NCBI RefSeq assembly: GCF_009914755.1
Contig: NC_060929.1
DNA from: the human T2T-CHM13v2.0 reference genome, Homo sapiens
Length of the DNA: 64,000 nucleotides
Strand: one strand, 5' to 3'
The position numbers and the translations under genes were made by a program. Below, piece after piece: positions 59,811 to 64,000 of the stretch (the stretch's first letter is position 1; every line of letters starts with the position of its first letter). A model generated the notes under the pieces. That model worked only from the letters and a program-made list of their open reading frames with translations. It had not been told where the DNA came from and searched no databases.

Positions 59811-60678
59811 ACTGTGAGCTGATGAAGGAGAGAGAGGGGGTGATGCAGACAGATGGCACCAAGCTGGAATAGCAGTGGTCTTTGGGGAACAAAGAATGTT
59901 GGCGGGCAGTGGGGTGAGAAGGAGGGGCAGATAACACACAGCCAAAGACAGATCTGCTAAGACAGGCCCTGACTGTGTCTTTCTTTTCATTTATAACCTG
60001 CTTATTATAGAAAAAGTGACAACACTGAGATGTGCCGAAGTGGAAGTGATCACCAACTAGCCTCTCAGCCAGGCCCACAAGGAAAACATTCTGACCCCTT
60101 TCCTAAGGCCCTTTTGCCTGGGATTGTGTGGAGAGTTTCACCTTTTCATTTGTGAGCCAGATCTTGCTTTCTAAAGTGCACAGCTAGCTGCCTGCCCCTT
60201 CAGGTCTCTTCGCTGTGCTCCCAGCCCAGTGCAGTAACCTTGTGTTCAGATGGGCGAGGACATGTACCCCAGCTTGGCCACGAGATAGAGTAACCTCGGG
60301 CCTCAGGGGGCCATGAAGCTTTGCAGGAACCTCCACCCTTTCTCCTCCAGCCTCGTCCCCATGTGTCTGCCTGTACTCAAGGCCTCAGTCTGAGTCACTG
60401 TCTCTACACAGTCTTTCCTGAACCTCAGTTTTATTTTTCTGTAAAAATGGGGATGAAGCTAGTGTTTATACCTTGAATGGTTTTGAGGATCAGATTTGAG
60501 GATCAGATGAGACAATATGAGTTACTACTTGGGTTCATGGGAGGTGCTCAGTAAATATCATTCTCCTTCCCCTCTTAAAATCTTAATCCTGCACTGTGCT
60601 TTTACCCCAGGCCTCACCAGAACTCAGCCTTGACTTATTTCTCAAGGTCACTGAGAGTGTTGTCAAAAGGTGGTCTCA

Positions 60679-60998
<320 letters not shown>

Positions 60999-62138
60999 GG
61001 TGGTCTCATAGCACAAAGCAAAGCTGAATCAATTGGGCAGGTGGAGGTCAAGGGACACTTGGGGTCCCCAAAAGGGGCACCTTTCACAGGCATCTTGGCA
61101 TGGCTCCTTCCCCTAAATACTCCCCTCCTAAACTTAAAAACACTGACACCAACAGTTTATTCTTTTTAAATCTCTGTGAAAGGCCGTGCCTGGCGGGGAG
61201 CCACGGGCATGAGAATCCAGTCCCCGGAATAGCTCCTGCCGCTCAGCGTTTAAATGCCGTCTGTATTTTTATCCGATGATGGGCCACTTTTGAAAAACCC
61301 CGCTCATGCTCTGCCCCTCTAAGAATACATTTCCATTTATAGCATCTGCACACAGGATGTTGTTCTATCCCGGTGTGGGGCCAGGAGGCCGTGTCCTGTT
61401 TCCAGTGAGTTGGAAACACTTGGGGGGCCCTTGCTCCCCCCAGCCCAGCACTCCCTGTGGCCTTGACAAGCGGGAAGCCTGACTCCCGGCCAAGCCCTGG
61501 CTGCCTTTCCTCTTCCTGTGCAAGCCTGAGCTCATCTGTCTGTCGCAGGTTGGGGAGGCAAGTGGGGGTGAGGGGCCCCTCTCCAGCCTTGCCCAGCCAG
61601 GGCCTCCAGGTGGCACAGCACCACAGTTCCTTAGCTCCGTGGACCCTGCATCCTTCACTCACTCACCCAGTGCCACGGCCTGCTGTCAGCATGGGCCCTG
61701 CATGGCACAGGAGAGCAGCGATGAGTACAGAGAGCCAAGGCTCCCAGGGCCCAGTGGGGAGCTTTGGGGAGGCCAGGGAGGATCAGTGTTCAGTCTCCAG
61801 GATGAGGCTGGCCAGGGTTCCAGTCCTGACTCTGCTTCTTGTTAGCTGTGTGAGCTTAGGCAAGTGGCTTGGCCTCTCTGAGCCTCAGTTTCTGCATTTG
61901 TTGAAGGAACCTCAGGAGTAGTAGGGAAGATTCTGTGGACAGAGTAGGCCAAGTGTCTAAGCAGTGCTTGGCCCATAGGGTGGGAGTCCAGGAAATGCCA
62001 GTCCCCTTTCCCGTCCCTCTGTTGACCTGTGGTAACTCAGGTGGGTGCAGGCTAAAAGTCTTAGGAAATCTGCTTGAAGTTAGATATAAACACATGCCTT
62101 ACACCTTAGGAATTCTAGCACGCATGGGCATCTCCTGA

Positions 62139-62629
<491 letters not shown>

Positions 62630-62792
62630 TGAACCTACTCTATGCCGGACACTTTTCTAGGCCCTGGTGATGTAGACAGATGGGGTTCCAGCTCTCTGGT
62701 GACATATTCTGATGGAGTCAGGCAGTGAGCAGATACACATAACTCAACATCAGGGAGTGATTTTAAGTGCTGAGAAGAAAGAAGAGGGCAGA

Positions 62793-63086
62793 GGCTGGGC
62801 GTGGTGGCTCACACCTGTAATCCCAACACTGGGAGGCTGAGGCAGGCAGATTGCTTGAGCCCAGGAGTTTGAGACAGCCAGGGCAACATGGCAAAACCCC
62901 GTCTCTACAAAAAAATACAAAAATTAGCCAGGTGCAGTGGTGTGCGCTTGTCCTAGCTCCTTGAAAGGCCAAGGTGGGAGGATCACCTGAGCCTAGGGAG
63001 GTTGGGGCAGCAGTGAGCCATGATCGCGCCACTGCACTCCAGCCTGGGCAAGAGTGAGACCCTGTCTAAAAAAAAAAAAAAAAAAA
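62793..63086 (+). mobile_element. AluJ element inside L2
   Basis: TSD aagaagagggcaga. Confidence 0.9.
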
Positions 63087-63756
63087 TTAAAAGAAGAGGG
63101 CAGAGTAAGCACAGGCTCCCCCGAGGAGATGACATTTGAAAATAGACTTAAGTAAGGGAGCAAGCCATACAGAGATGCAAAGGCAGAACCTTCCAGGTAG
63201 AACGGTAATTCATTCAAGTTCTCCAGCTGTTGAGTGGCAGAAAGTCAAGGGCTTTCCATACCTCCTCTGCTTTTTCTTTTACATGCTATCTATAAGGGTG
63301 CTTTTTTAGCTGAAGTAGCAGAAAAGTGGACTAGAAGAGGTTTAAATAAGAGTTTTTTTGTTTTCATTTTTTTTCTCATGTAACAAGAAGACTGGAGGTA
63401 GCTTGCTTCTGGTGTTGGCTCAGCATCTCAAGGATGCCAGAGTTTTTATCTCTGCTCTCAACTGCACTTTTCCCTTATGGTCTCAGAGGAGTTCCCCCAG
63501 CTCCAGATGTTATGTCTGCACCCAGGACAGGAAGATGGGGTTGGGGTAGAAATGTTAGTGCCGGTGATGTGTGACCCTTTGATTATAAAACCAAAAGCCC
63601 CCTACCCCCCCAGCAGGCTTCTGCTTATTATCATCAGTCAGAGCAATGGTATATGGCCACCCCATGCCACAAAGGAGGCTGGGAAAGTGAAAGTAAGTGG
63701 TTAGGGTTAAAGGGAATCAGAATCCAACAAGGTCTACCTATTGCCTGTGGGCTTTC

Positions 63757-64000
63757 TTGAGACAGGATCTCATCCTGTTGCCCAGGCTGGAGTGCAGTGG
63801 TGCAGTCACGGCTCACTAAAGCTCAAACTCCTGTGCTCAAGTGATCCTCCCACCTCAGCCTCCTAAGTAACAGATTACAGTCATGAGCTACCACACCTGA
63901 CTAATTTTTTAATATTTTGTGGAGACGGGATCTCACTATGTTGCCCAGGGAACTCCTGAGCTCAAGAGATTTTCCTGCCTTGGGATAACAGGCATGAGCC
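63757..64000 (-). mobile_element. AluJ element (runs off window), preceded by an MLT1-like relic at about 63295-63720
   Basis: gagacaggatctcatcctgttgcccaggctggagtgcagtgg. Confidence 0.85.

Overview
Repeat-rich primate, almost certainly human, genomic DNA. The only protein-coding sequence I can support is the first exon of ERGIC1 (ERGIC-32). It lies in a CpG-island promoter at about 22.3-22.8 kb: ATG at 22560, 20 coding nt (MPFDFR plus 2 nt), then an AG|GTGAGT donor at 22580. Everything downstream (>41 kb) is intron 1, and no further ERGIC1 exon is visible. The upstream 22 kb is intergenic. From recall, not from this sequence, the locus is 5q35.1 with DUSP1 further upstream. About half of the window is transposon relics: about 30 Alus, L1, L2, MIR, MaLR/ERVL LTRs, a solo HERV-H LTR7, and MER6A, MER30, MER45A, MER5 and Tigger4/MER46-type DNA transposons. 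Nearly all listed ORFs are Alu-, L1- or GC-driven artefacts. I found no evidence of a new multi-gene system. The most interesting signals are small-scale: a (GGCGAGT)4 array of GC-type donor-like sites in the ERGIC1 leader, a well-formed unannotated-looking exon 8 kb upstream, an LTR7-in-Alu-in-L1-in-L1 nest, chimeric or rearranged Alus, recurrent UPRE-like TGACGTG motifs, and a 15-bp E-box repeat inside a 246-codon intronic ORF. Repeat subfamilies and many boundaries were judged by eye and need RepeatMasker/Dfam confirmation.
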